The position numbers and the translations under genes were made by a program. Source: Acholeplasma laidlawii PG-8A (GTDB taxonomy: Bacteria; Bacillota_I; Bacilli_A; Acholeplasmatales; Acholeplasmataceae). Taken from it: a stretch of 32,000 bases of DNA. This document shows positions 1 to 8,780 of this stretch, piece by piece (position 1 is the stretch's first letter; every line of letters starts with the position of its first letter). The stretch covers positions 960,001 through 992,000 of the forward strand of contig NC_010163.1 in the NCBI RefSeq assembly GCF_000018785.1, in the 5' to 3' direction. The notes under the pieces are model-generated. The model was not told the origin of the DNA. It did no database searches and worked only from the letters and a program-made list of their open reading frames with translations.

Positions 1-564
1 AACAGTAACAACTGAGCCAATCAAATACCGCCATGCATTATTCATAAAACGTTTAAAAGTTTTACTTCTATATTGGTTCATTGTTTTTTTATATAATTTA
101 TCAATATATTCAAATTCAAATGTATTACCAAAAGATATTTTAGCTTTGTGATACGTTTGATCTACTTTTGCCTTCCAAGCTTCTTCACATTTTGAGTCTG
201 TTGTTAGATTTGAAACTGCTAAGATAAAGAATTCATATATATCTTCCTTTGTGTTTGGAATATAAAAATTACTTATCAATTCATTTTTCTTTTCTATAGA
301 CTTGGTTGACCCGATTTTATCAGCGAAATCTTTGACTACATTATCTAAATTAGAACCACGAAGCTCATATCCACAATCTTTACATTTGTGTTCAAATGCA
401 TTTAAATGAGCACCACAATTCGGACATTTGTATATTTTCCCTTCAAATAATTTAATTCTTTTATTTTCTGAGGATTGCTGATTAATAATTACCACTTGTT
501 TACCACACCCAGAGCAAAATTTCGAACCCTCTGATATTTGATTACCACAATTATTACAAAACAT
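1..564 (-). CDS. Zinc-ribbon domain protein, C-terminus cut by window edge
   Basis: Manual translation from ATG at 564: MFCNNCGNQISEGSKFCSGCGKQVV...IYKCPNCGAHLNAFEHKCKDCGYELRGS..., with CxxC zinc-ribbon pairs and no stop before position 1. Not in the supplied ORF track. Confidence 0.85.
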   Translation of the reverse strand, partial: MFCNNCGNQISEGSKFCSGCGKQVVIINQQSSENKRIKLFEGKIYKCPNCGAHLNAFEHKCKDCGYELRGSNLDNVVKDFADKIGSTKSIEKKNELISNFYIPNTKEDIYEFFILAVSNLTTDSKCEEAWKAKVDQTYHKAKISFGNTFEFEYIDKLYKKTMNQYRSKTFKRFMNNAWRYLIGSVVTV

Positions 565-568
565 ATTC

Positions 569-796
569 TTATCCCTCTTTTTGTTGATATTTAATAATTT
601 TTACTGCATCACAAATATCACCGATATTACAATCTAGATATTCGCAAATTCTAAGTAGTACAGAAAGGGCAACTTCTTCATTTCTTCTAAGTTTAGTCAT
701 TGTTCCGGTTGCAATATTAACCTCAGTCCTAAAATCAATTTGCGAAATATCTTTTTCTATGAGTAAAATCCATAGTTTTTTATAACTGATTTCCAT
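569..796 (-). CDS. Small XRE/Cro-type HTH transcriptional regulator
   Basis: 75 aa ORF with DISQIDFRTEVNIATGTMTKLRRNEEVALSVLLRICEYLDCNIGDI, typical of short Cro/CI-like regulators. Confidence 0.8.
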   Translation of the reverse strand: MEISYKKLWILLIEKDISQIDFRTEVNIATGTMTKLRRNEEVALSVLLRICEYLDCNIGDICDAVKIIKYQQKEG

Positions 797-918
797 ACGA
801 CAGTATCCCCTTTCTTTCTTTATACTCTAATAATATCATATTAATAAACTGATAACAATACGAAATTAATGTTTATTCGCAAGAACTTGCGATATTATCT
901 CCTTAAAAACATAAATAA

Positions 919-949
919 AGCTTTCTAATTCTATTTGAATTGGAAAGCT
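919..949 (-). terminator. Possible intrinsic terminator downstream of the 1063-1596 gene
   Basis: 13-bp stem AGCTTTCTAATTC/GAATTGGAAAGCT with one G-T wobble and loop TATTT, followed on the minus strand by a T-rich tract. Confidence 0.5.
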
Positions 950-1062
950 GCTTAATTATGTTATTTAATTTATGAGTTTTATCAAAAATTAATTGGTGAA
1001 TTGTTATTCATTTAATTTACCTCAAAACTTACTTGTATAAAGAAAAAGTCACCAAAGTGACT

Positions 1063-1596
1063 TTATAATTTATACTGTTGTTTTATATCAAACTCTTTTA
1101 AAGAGCTGTTATCAATAGATACATATAGTGGATGTTTAGGATGACCACTTTTATTTTGATCTAAACACATCCATGTACAATTATACTTAACTGATAATAA
1201 ATAAATTTCCTTTAAGGCTTCACTTAAATAATTTCTTTTTTCTATCAGATTTCCCCAACCAGCTATTAAAACACTACTTTGATTTGATTTTAATATGTTT
1301 TCGATTTCTCTAATGTTTCTTTGATAATATTGATCATTTGAATTGAAGTGCATTCCATTTGGATTGGTATCTCGTTGTGGATATATATTCAACATAATCC
1401 AACTATCATTATTTTGCTTTCTGGCTAATTTAACAACATTTTTAACAGTATTATCAAGTTTATTCGGCTCTGCTGTACTTGGGTTAACTCCAAAAAATAT
1501 AAGAGGTGATTTACCCTGAACTCCTAAAACATAACGTGCTGCATTGTCATTTTCTTTTATATAAATCCATTTACTCAAACTATTCATATTTATCAT
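1063..1596 (-). CDS. DUF1643-like domain protein
   Basis: Motifs IFFGVNPSTA, LNIYPQRDTNPNGM, AGWGN and GHPKHPLY recall the DUF1643 family. Confidence 0.7.
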   Translation of the reverse strand: MINMNSLSKWIYIKENDNAARYVLGVQGKSPLIFFGVNPSTAEPNKLDNTVKNVVKLARKQNNDSWIMLNIYPQRDTNPNGMHFNSNDQYYQRNIREIENILKSNQSSVLIAGWGNLIEKRNYLSEALKEIYLLSVKYNCTWMCLDQNKSGHPKHPLYVSIDNSSLKEFDIKQQYKL

Positions 1597-1699
1597 TTAC
1601 CTATATTCTAAATTTTCAAAATTTTTGCCTCACGTTTTTTAAAGCCCCTCCCGTGCGGTACCCATGGGACCATCAACAAGTGATGATAGGGGGATTAAT

Positions 1700-2113
1700 C
1701 TAAAAATTATTGTTCTTTACCTTCTTTTTTAATATCTCAATCAGTTCTTTTGTATTAACAACAAAGCCAAACTTATACTTTTTATCTTTGGTGTGTATTT
1801 CTAATCTCATATAGCGATTATAATATTCTGCTCTAGCAATATCTTTATAACTTATTACAAGATTTCTTTTAAAATATCTTTTGATTATAATTTCTTTGCT
1901 ATCATAGGTGAGTGGAATAGGTTTTATGATATCTTTCCCAATCCAATAAACAGACCATATCAATACAATTGTGAATATGTAAGTCGCAATTTGCTGTGCC
2001 AAGTTTAGATAGTTTTCGGTAATAATGCTTCGTTTACCAAAGTTTATTGCTCCTACAACAGCAATAATAAATACTAAATATATGGCCGGATTAATATATA
2101 TTTTCTTTTTCAT
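1700..2113 (-). CDS. Small membrane protein with two N-terminal TM segments and a PH-like/YcxB-like tail
   Basis: 137 aa ORF with two hydrophobic helices, then a beta-rich tail (IIIKRYFKRNLVISYKDIARAEYYNRYMRLEIHT). Confidence 0.5.
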   Translation of the reverse strand: MKKKIYINPAIYLVFIIAVVGAINFGKRSIITENYLNLAQQIATYIFTIVLIWSVYWIGKDIIKPIPLTYDSKEIIIKRYFKRNLVISYKDIARAEYYNRYMRLEIHTKDKKYKFGFVVNTKELIEILKKKVKNNNF

Positions 2114-2140
2114 TTAAACACCTCAAAAATATTATACCAA

Positions 2141-2425
2141 TCAACCCATAAAATTACCATCATCATCAAATAATACTTCTTTTTTCTTAAACCTTCCATG
2201 TTCCTGGTTATGACAATCTCTACATAACAATTCTAGATTCTTTTGATCTAAACTAATACTTGTATCACCAAGATTAGAAAGAGTTAATCTTATTTGATGG
2301 TGTACCTCTTCACCTACGCCACCACATCGCTCACACTTGCCTTGTGTGGCGTTTATTTTTATTGTTCGAGCAAGTTGCCAAGCCTTCGATTTATAAAACC
2401 TGTGCAGTTCTTTTGGCTTTGCCAT
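2141..2425 (-). CDS. HNH endonuclease, phage/mobile-element type
   Basis: CERCGGVGEEVHHQIRLTLSNLGDTSISLDQKNLELLCRDCHNQEH. The likely start is the internal MAKPKEL at 2425, not 2434. Confidence 0.8.
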   Translation of the reverse strand: MAKPKELHRFYKSKAWQLARTIKINATQGKCERCGGVGEEVHHQIRLTLSNLGDTSISLDQKNLELLCRDCHNQEHGRFKKKEVLFDDDGNFMG

Positions 2426-2705
2426 ATGCTTCACTTAGTTCATTTGCTTTTGATTCAGTCTTTTCCCATTTAACATTTAAGTCATCTCTTCCGACATGAC
2501 CAAATGCAGAGAGTGATGAAAACTTAACCTTATCAAGTTCAAGTTCTTTTCTAATGTTTGAAGATGTAAAATCAAAATATACTTTTAATAAGTATAATAA
2601 ATCCTCATCACTAAGCTTTCCTGTTCCAAAGGTATCAATGTATAAAGAAACTGGCTCTGCTAAGCCAATTGAATTGATACCATTTTCTTGTCTAATGTCC
2701 CACTG
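2391..2705 (-). pseudogene. metK: C-terminal fragment of S-adenosylmethionine synthetase (MetK)
   Basis: Manual minus-strand translation: IGLAEPVSLYIDTFGTGKLSDEDLLYLLKVYFDFTSSNIRKELELDKVKFSSLSAFGHVGRDDLNVKWEKTES, matching the MetK C-terminal pattern IGVAEPVSI..DTFGTG...AYGHFGR...WEKTD. No N-terminal or central domains present. Confidence 0.8.
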
Positions 2706-3025
2706 GGTATATTATAGGTATTAAAATCATTTCCCCATTTGGTTAATGTTTCTTTCGATTCATTTATCCTGTTCTTAACTGAGTAAGCTTGATAAGCATG
2801 TCTAGTCTCATGAAAACAAGTAACCATTACTTCGATCCACGGAACTTCCGCTAACCAATCTTCATTAAAAATCACTTCATAATTCTTATGTCTAAAGACC
2901 GCAGTTACTTCTTTATTAGGTAGTTCATCTGAACTAACAAAATAGATACTTGGTTCAGTTATATTTAATAAATTAGATGCAATTTTAATCCCCTTAAGTG
3001 CTATTTCTATGTTGTTCGTTTTATC
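2660..3025 (-). pseudogene. HExxH-type metallopeptidase-like remnant running into metK-derived sequence
   Basis: Frame open from a TAA at 3026-3028: DKTNNIEIALKGIKIASNLLNITEPSIYFVSSDELPNKEV...WIEVMVTCFHETRHAYQAY...NTYNIPSGT, containing HETRH. No obvious upstream ATG. Confidence 0.6.
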
Positions 3026-3073
3026 TTATCCTTGTTAGTTTTATAGATAAAGTATACCTTATTTTCACTAATA

Positions 3074-3098
3074 AAAAAGAGGATCAAATCCTCTTTTT
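3074..3098 (-). terminator. Intrinsic terminator overlapping the 3' end of the 3084-3479 gene
   Basis: AAAAAGAGGA-TCAAA-TCCTCTTTTT hairpin with T/A tails. Confidence 0.65.
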
Positions 3099-3479
3099 GA
3101 TAGAGATATAAATTCCAATGAGAACAGTAATAGTCACCACAAGAACAATTGATATAGTCAATACTGGAATAGTGTATGTATTAATAATAAGAAGTGAAGC
3201 AACTAATAAAACTAATGATGGTAGATATGAAAGAACTGCATAATTTTTTTTCCAAAAGCTTATTTTCTCTTTACTAAATGATATAAACAATAAGAATATG
3301 CTTATCAAAAATGTAATGGCAGTAAAATAGGTTCCTAACACTAAAACATTTCGGTGGAGTAGCGGTGTATCTACATTATATATAGAAGCAATCAACACTA
3401 ATAGATGAAATACATGTTGGAACATAATAGTATATATGAATCGGTTAAAATACTTGTTATCTTTTTTCATTTTGATCAC
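3084..3479 (-). CDS. Hypothetical integral membrane protein, about 4 TM segments
   Basis: 131 aa ORF with four hydrophobic stretches; no family recognised. Confidence 0.6.
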   Translation of the reverse strand: MIKMKKDNKYFNRFIYTIMFQHVFHLLVLIASIYNVDTPLLHRNVLVLGTYFTAITFLISIFLLFISFSKEKISFWKKNYAVLSYLPSLVLLVASLLIINTYTIPVLTISIVLVVTITVLIGIYISIKKRI

Positions 3480-3536
3480 CTTTTTGAATTGATACCATTT
3501 TCTTGTACTTTATGTTCTTTGTAGTTATTATATCAT

Positions 3537-4328
3537 TTATTGATTCATGAGTCTATATTGGATAGGTGAATACCCGCCTAGCGTAAGTTTAATTCTTTCG
3601 TGATTATACCAATAGATATATCCATTAATAGTTCGAATTAAGTCAGCCAATGATTTAACCTTTTGTAAATAGATTGTTTCACACTTAAGTGTCCCAAAGA
3701 AACTTTCTATGACTGACATTTAATAAGCGTTACCTTTAGCACTCATGGATTGCACAAATGATGATTTTTTAAGGTAATTACGATATTTAGGGGATTGATA
3801 TAAGATACCCTGATCAGAGTGTATGAGAAGCTTTGATAAGTCTTCATTTGGGTTGATTGCTTTCTTAAGAGTTTTTAGAATCAAGTCTTGATTTTGACTC
3901 CTAGAAATTTGGTATGCTTTGACTTCACCATTGTAAAGATCTTGAATGACCGATATATATAAATTTTTGCGATTGAATCTAAACTCTGATACATCTGTGA
4001 CCCACGCTATATTAGGTTCATCCTTTTTAAAGTCTCTTTTAAGTAGATTGGGTATAATTTTGTTTGATATGTGAGAGATATAGCGATATCTCTTTTTTCT
4101 TACCTTGCAGACGATATGTAGTTCTTCCATGATCTTTACAACGGTCTTATAGGCTATTTTGACCTGATAGAGGTTTTGAAGGGCGAGTTTAATACGTCTA
4201 TAGCCATATGTGCGATTACTCGCTTCAAAAATCTCTGAAATAAGTATCTTTATATCGTGATATTTATCTGTCTTCTTATGATGTTCATAGTAATAATAAA
4301 CAGACTTGGGAAGTCCAGATATTAGAAG
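3537..4328 (-). pseudogene. IS3-family transposase orfB, interrupted
   Basis: SVYYYYEHHKKTDKYHDIKILISEIFEASNRTYGYRRIKLAL...IAWVTDVSEFRF...MSAKGNAY-TAA-MSVIESFFGTLKCE. In-frame TAA at 3720-3722; the N-terminal part (QKYQVVKELRRKYALKDL) lies in a different frame. Confidence 0.85.
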
Positions 4329-4426
4329 TTAGATCTTTCAATGCATATTTTCGCCTTAATTCCTTGACTACTTGGTATTTTTGTTCGTTCGTTCCTGTTT
4401 CTTAAACTTTGGCAATAAGTAATTTT

Positions 4427-4744
4427 CTAGTATTCAAGTTCCATTTCTAAGTGTTTAACTTTGAGTTCTAAACTTTCTTCAACCTCTTTAGATGGTGTAT
4501 GGAAATTTCTAACTGGATTCTTACGATAATCTTTGGGCGTTTGAAAGAAACGCTCTTTACCATAAAGTCTATACTGATATACCCATCTAGCAGGTAATGT
4601 ATTATTTAAACTTCTTGATGATAAATACATATCATATTTTCGTGCTGCTTGACTGTATGAGAGTTCATTTTCAATGATGTCTAAAACGACTTTTAACTTG
4701 AATTCCCCGCTCCATAGTCTATTCTTTTTCTTTTTATCCTTCAT
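4427..4744 (-). CDS. IS3-family transposase orfA (HTH)
   Basis: WSGEFKLKVVLDIIENELSYSQAARKYD...LKVKHLEMELEY, typical orfA with a C-terminal coiled coil. Confidence 0.8.
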   Translation of the reverse strand: MKDKKKKNRLWSGEFKLKVVLDIIENELSYSQAARKYDMYLSSRSLNNTLPARWVYQYRLYGKERFFQTPKDYRKNPVRNFHTPSKEVEESLELKVKHLEMELEY

Positions 4745-4975
4745 ATGATGCCTCCTGCATATATATTAGTTTACACTAAGTACAGGTTTTTGGTATCAGT
4801 TCACCTTAAAAATGCTTAAAATCTCGAATAGCCTTTATTCAACCCTCGATTAAAGCTAGTAAATAAAATAAAATTTAATCTAAAATTTACAAATATGGGG
4901 ATTTTTTATAAAAGTTCCCTTTCCTTCTCAATGCTACTTCAAACATATATCAACAATACTTCAAAAGCATAAAAA

Positions 4976-5000
4976 AATGCCACACCGAAGTGTAGCATTA
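4976..5000 (-). terminator. Intrinsic terminator of tRNA-Arg
   Basis: Minus strand AATGC-T-ACAC-TTCG-GTGT-GG-GCATT followed by a T run. Confidence 0.75.
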
Positions 5001-5014
5001 TTTAATTCCATGAT

Positions 5015-5091
5015 GGCGTCCGAAGAGGGATTCGAACCCCCGACCGATAGCTTAGAAGGCTATTGCTCTATCCAGCTGAGCTATTCGGACA
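5015..5091 (-). tRNA. tRNA-Arg (anticodon TCT)
   Basis: GTCCGAATAGCTCAGCTGGATAGAGCAATAGCCTTCTAAGCTATCGGTCGGGGGTTCGAATCCCTCTTCGGACGCCA. GTCCGAA pairs with TTCGGAC, anticodon stem ATAGC/GCTAT around CTTCTAA, encoded CCA. Confidence 0.95.
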
Positions 5092-5144
5092 CACTTATTC
5101 AGCAATGACTATTATAACCTATTCACTGCTGAATGTAAAGCCTT

Positions 5145-6956
5145 TTATGACTCAAATTGTGAATTATATAATTGAGCGTAAAAACCATCTTTTTTTATAA
5201 GTTCTTCGTGATTTCCCTGTTCAATTATGTTACCATTTTTTACCACAAAAATAATGTCCGCGTTACGAATCGTCGATAATCTGTGTGCAATAACAAACGC
5301 AGTTCTCCCCTTCATAAGATGATCCATTGCCTTTTGAATTAGAACTTCCGTTCGAGTATCTACAGATGAGGTTGCCTCATCTAAGATAAGCATTGGTTTA
5401 TCTGCTAACATTGCTCTTGAAATGGTTATGAGTTGACGTTGTCCTTGACTGATATTTAATCCATCTTCCGATAATCTAAAATTATAATTATCTGCTAAAG
5501 AATGAATAAAATGATCTGTTTGTGCAGCTTTTGCAGCTTGTTCAACAGCTTCAAATGCTGCATCTTCATTACCATACTTAATGTTATCTAGTACAGTACC
5601 TTCAAATATCCATGAATCTTGTAAAACCATTCCAAAATAGCTTCTAACTTCTTCTCGTTTCATGTCTTTAATATCTACACCATCAATTAGGATAGAACCA
5701 CTATCTATCTCATAAAAACGCATCAAAAGATTAACAAGTGTAGTTTTACCAGCACCAGTAGGACCTACAATAGCAACCATTTGACCTGGCTTTATTTCTG
5801 CAGATAAACCTTGTATGACAGGCGTATCTTCTACATACCTAAAATGAACATTTTTAAATTCGACGTGCCCATTTACTTTAGTTAAAATATTAGGTTTATC
5901 AGATTCATCTGGTTCTGAAGTTGCATCCATCATAAAGAAAATACGTTCTGCTGATGCAGCTGTTTGTTGTAATACGGATGCAGTTTGACCGATTGATTGA
6001 ATTGGCATCGATACCTGTCTAGAATACATGATAAATGTCATAATAAAGCCAACTTCGAAAGAAGGGTCTGTGATAAGTAAATAACCTCCAATAATTGCTA
6101 TAGCAATAAATGAAAGATTTGTAAAGAAAAATTGAATAGGAATCATAATAGATGATACAAATTGTGATTTCCAAGATGTTTCAAAAATTCGATCATTAAT
6201 TTCATCAAACTCATGCTTAGCTTGAGTTTGGTGATTAAATACTTTAACAACTAAATGACCATGGTAGATTTCTTCAATATGTCCATTCATATCTCCTGTA
6301 TTTTTAGCTGCTTGTCTAAAATATTTTTGAGATAACTTAACAAATTTAGATGCTACAAATAAAGATAATATAACAGCAATAGTTGTAATAACTGCTAGAT
6401 CCCATCGCATAATATACATAATAATTAAAATACTTACGACAAGTGTAAAGGATCTAAATATTTCTGAAATACTTTGAGTAAGAGTTTGGTTAATAATATC
6501 CACATCATTTGTTACTCGTGATAACACATCACCAACTTTGTGCTTATCAAAGAAATTGAGTGGTAATGTATTAATTTTATCAGCTAGATCTGAGCGCATC
6601 TTATAAGTTAGACGCTGTGTTACACCAATTAACATGTAACCTTGCATTAAGCCAAAAACAAAAGATAAAGATGCGGTAACAATAAGACCTATTAAAACCT
6701 CATTAAAATTAAGTGAGATACCAAATAAATCGATGACACCTTGGGCATCTGCACCAGACCAAATAAGTTCAATTGAAGTTAATAGTTTACCGGACAAGAT
6801 TGGCGTAAATACTGTAATTAATGCTGTAATAACTGAAAATAAAGCAGCTGATAAGACAATCCACTTATCTTTACTTAAATAATTTAACAACCTGCCTAGA
6901 GTACCCCAAAAGTCATTAGCTTTAACGGGTTCATGTGCACTATGTCTTCTATTCAT
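5145..6956 (-). CDS. ABC exporter, fused TMD-NBD, multidrug type (subunit 2)
   Basis: Walker A GPTGAGKTT, signature NISQGQRQL, Walker B MLILDEATSSVDTRT, H-loop IAHRLSTI. Confidence 0.9.
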   Translation of the reverse strand: MNRRHSAHEPVKANDFWGTLGRLLNYLSKDKWIVLSAALFSVITALITVFTPILSGKLLTSIELIWSGADAQGVIDLFGISLNFNEVLIGLIVTASLSFVFGLMQGYMLIGVTQRLTYKMRSDLADKINTLPLNFFDKHKVGDVLSRVTNDVDIINQTLTQSISEIFRSFTLVVSILIIMYIMRWDLAVITTIAVILSLFVASKFVKLSQKYFRQAAKNTGDMNGHIEEIYHGHLVVKVFNHQTQAKHEFDEINDRIFETSWKSQFVSSIMIPIQFFFTNLSFIAIAIIGGYLLITDPSFEVGFIMTFIMYSRQVSMPIQSIGQTASVLQQTAASAERIFFMMDATSEPDESDKPNILTKVNGHVEFKNVHFRYVEDTPVIQGLSAEIKPGQMVAIVGPTGAGKTTLVNLLMRFYEIDSGSILIDGVDIKDMKREEVRSYFGMVLQDSWIFEGTVLDNIKYGNEDAAFEAVEQAAKAAQTDHFIHSLADNYNFRLSEDGLNISQGQRQLITISRAMLADKPMLILDEATSSVDTRTEVLIQKAMDHLMKGRTAFVIAHRLSTIRNADIIFVVKNGNIIEQGNHEELIKKDGFYAQLYNSQFES

Positions 6957-8704
6957 CGTGAAAGCTCCTCCTGACTTAATTGAGATTCTGCTATTTCAAG
7001 ATATACTTTGGAGGTCTTAATTAGCTCCTCATGACTTCCCATGCCAACTATTTTACCTTTATCAAGTACTACAATCTTGTCTGCATTTTTAATACTATTA
7101 ATACGTTGAGCAACAATAATAATTGTTGCATCTACATGTTGTTTAAGTGCATTTCTTAAATTAATGTCTGTTTTATAATCAAGTGCAGAAAAAGAATCAT
7201 CAAATATATAAATTTTGGGCTCTTTTGCTAGTGCTCTAGCAATCGACAACCTTTGGCGTTGCCCACCACTAACATTGGTTCCACCTTGAGTAATTGGTGC
7301 ATCATATTTACCATCCATTTGATCAATAAAATTGGATGCTTGAGCAATTTCAGCAGATTTTTCAACAACATCCATATTGATTTCTTCTTGACCAAAAGCA
7401 ATATTTGATGCTATGGTACCTTTAAATAAATTACCCTTTTGAGGTACATAACCAATATACTTTAAGAATTCATTTTGATTGAAGGTCTTTATATCTTTAC
7501 CATCTAATAAAATACGTCCTTCAGTTGGATCATAAAATCTAGGAATTAAGTTGATTAAGGTTGATTTACCACTACCTGTTGAACCAATAAACGCAGTGAC
7601 TTCACCTGGATTTGCAGTAAGTGAGATGTGACTTAATACTGGTTCATCAGCTCCAGGATATTGGAAACTCACGTTTTCAAATTCAACTTTACCCATGACA
7701 TCGTGAATGGATTCTGGGTGAACTGGATCTTTGATTAATACATCAGCATCAATCACATCCATGATACGTCTTGCTGATATTGCAGCACGTGGAATCATTG
7801 TTAAAATCATTGTAATAAACATAAAGTTCATTAAAGCTTGTGATGCGTATTGTACAATAGCGGATATATCACCCGGTTCAAATGCTGAACCTTGGCCAAT
7901 CACTCCATTAGATACTGCAACATAGTATAACATTGCAGTCGTCAATTGCATTAAAAGACCTAAAACTGGCCAAATCGTATTAAAAATACGTTGTACAAAT
8001 ATGTTTCTCTTCATGGAATCTTTAGCTACATCTTTTGATTTTTGAGCTTGTATTTTTTGTGTGTTATAAGCACGTACAACACGTAATCCACTTAAGTTTT
8101 CGCGTGTCACTAAGTTCATCTTATCAATTAGTCTTTGAATAATTTTAAATTAAGGCATTACAACTAATAAAAGTATTGTTAAGAATAATATAATAACTGC
8201 AACCGATATAAATAAGAATACGGTTAAATTAGGGCTTAATACAAACGCCATGACAATCCCACCCACTGCCATAATAGGCGCCATAATCACACTACGCATG
8301 AGCTGTGCTAGCATCATTTGTAGTGATTGAATATCATTAGTTGTAAGAGTAATTAGTGATGAGGTTGTAAACTTATCCATCTCATTTAAAGAAAATGTTT
8401 GAACCTTACTATATAAAGCATTTCTTAAATCTCTACCATATGCACTAGATACTCTGGATTCTAGATAGCCAGAAAATAAAATAGCTACGATCCCAATGAT
8501 AGTTGATCCTAACATTAAAAGACCATTGGTCATTAGACTTTGGTATTTTTCTGTTTCAGTTAAGCTAGAACTTGTAATATCATTAATGAGTTCACCCAAA
8601 AGTGCAGGTAGTGCTAAAGTCATAACTGCTCTTAAAGCTACTAATATAAAGATTAATATGACCCATCCAAAATAGGGTTTTAAAAATCGAAAAGATTTAA
8701 TCAT
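6953..8704 (-). pseudogene. ABC exporter, fused TMD-NBD (subunit 1), interrupted by a single in-frame stop
   Basis: Track ORFs 8150-8704 and 6953-8119 are in the same frame, separated by TAA at 8150-8152 and ten open codons (FKIIQRLIDK). NBD has GSTGSGKST, VSGGQRQRLSIARAL and IYIFDDSFSALD. Confidence 0.85.
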
Positions 8705-8780
8705 AAATTATGCATCTACTTTCTATATGTCTTGATGAACATTATACCAAAAATCTATAAGGTTATACCTTATAAGACTT

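Larger units (their letters stand above)
3485..4803 (-). mobile_element. Degenerate IS3-family (IS150-like) insertion sequence
   Basis: HTH orfA at 4427-4744, HTH_21 plus rve integrase orfB at 3537-4328, and imperfect terminal inverted repeats TGAATTGATACCATTTTCTTGTACTTTATG / TGAACTGATACCAAAAACCTGTACTTAGTG. Confidence 0.85.

Noticed and set aside
1506-1703. Plus-strand 65 aa ORF spanning the GC-rich island
   Set aside because: No family resemblance, overlaps the 5' end of the DUF1643-like gene in antisense, and the C-terminal half is the structured island.
1-5014. Possible new defence island (zinc-ribbon protein, XRE regulator, DUF1643-like, HNH)
   Set aside because: No effector/sensor pairing, nuclease-helicase or toxin-antitoxin architecture is evident; genes are small, spaced apart and partly decayed. 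A remnant island is the simpler reading.
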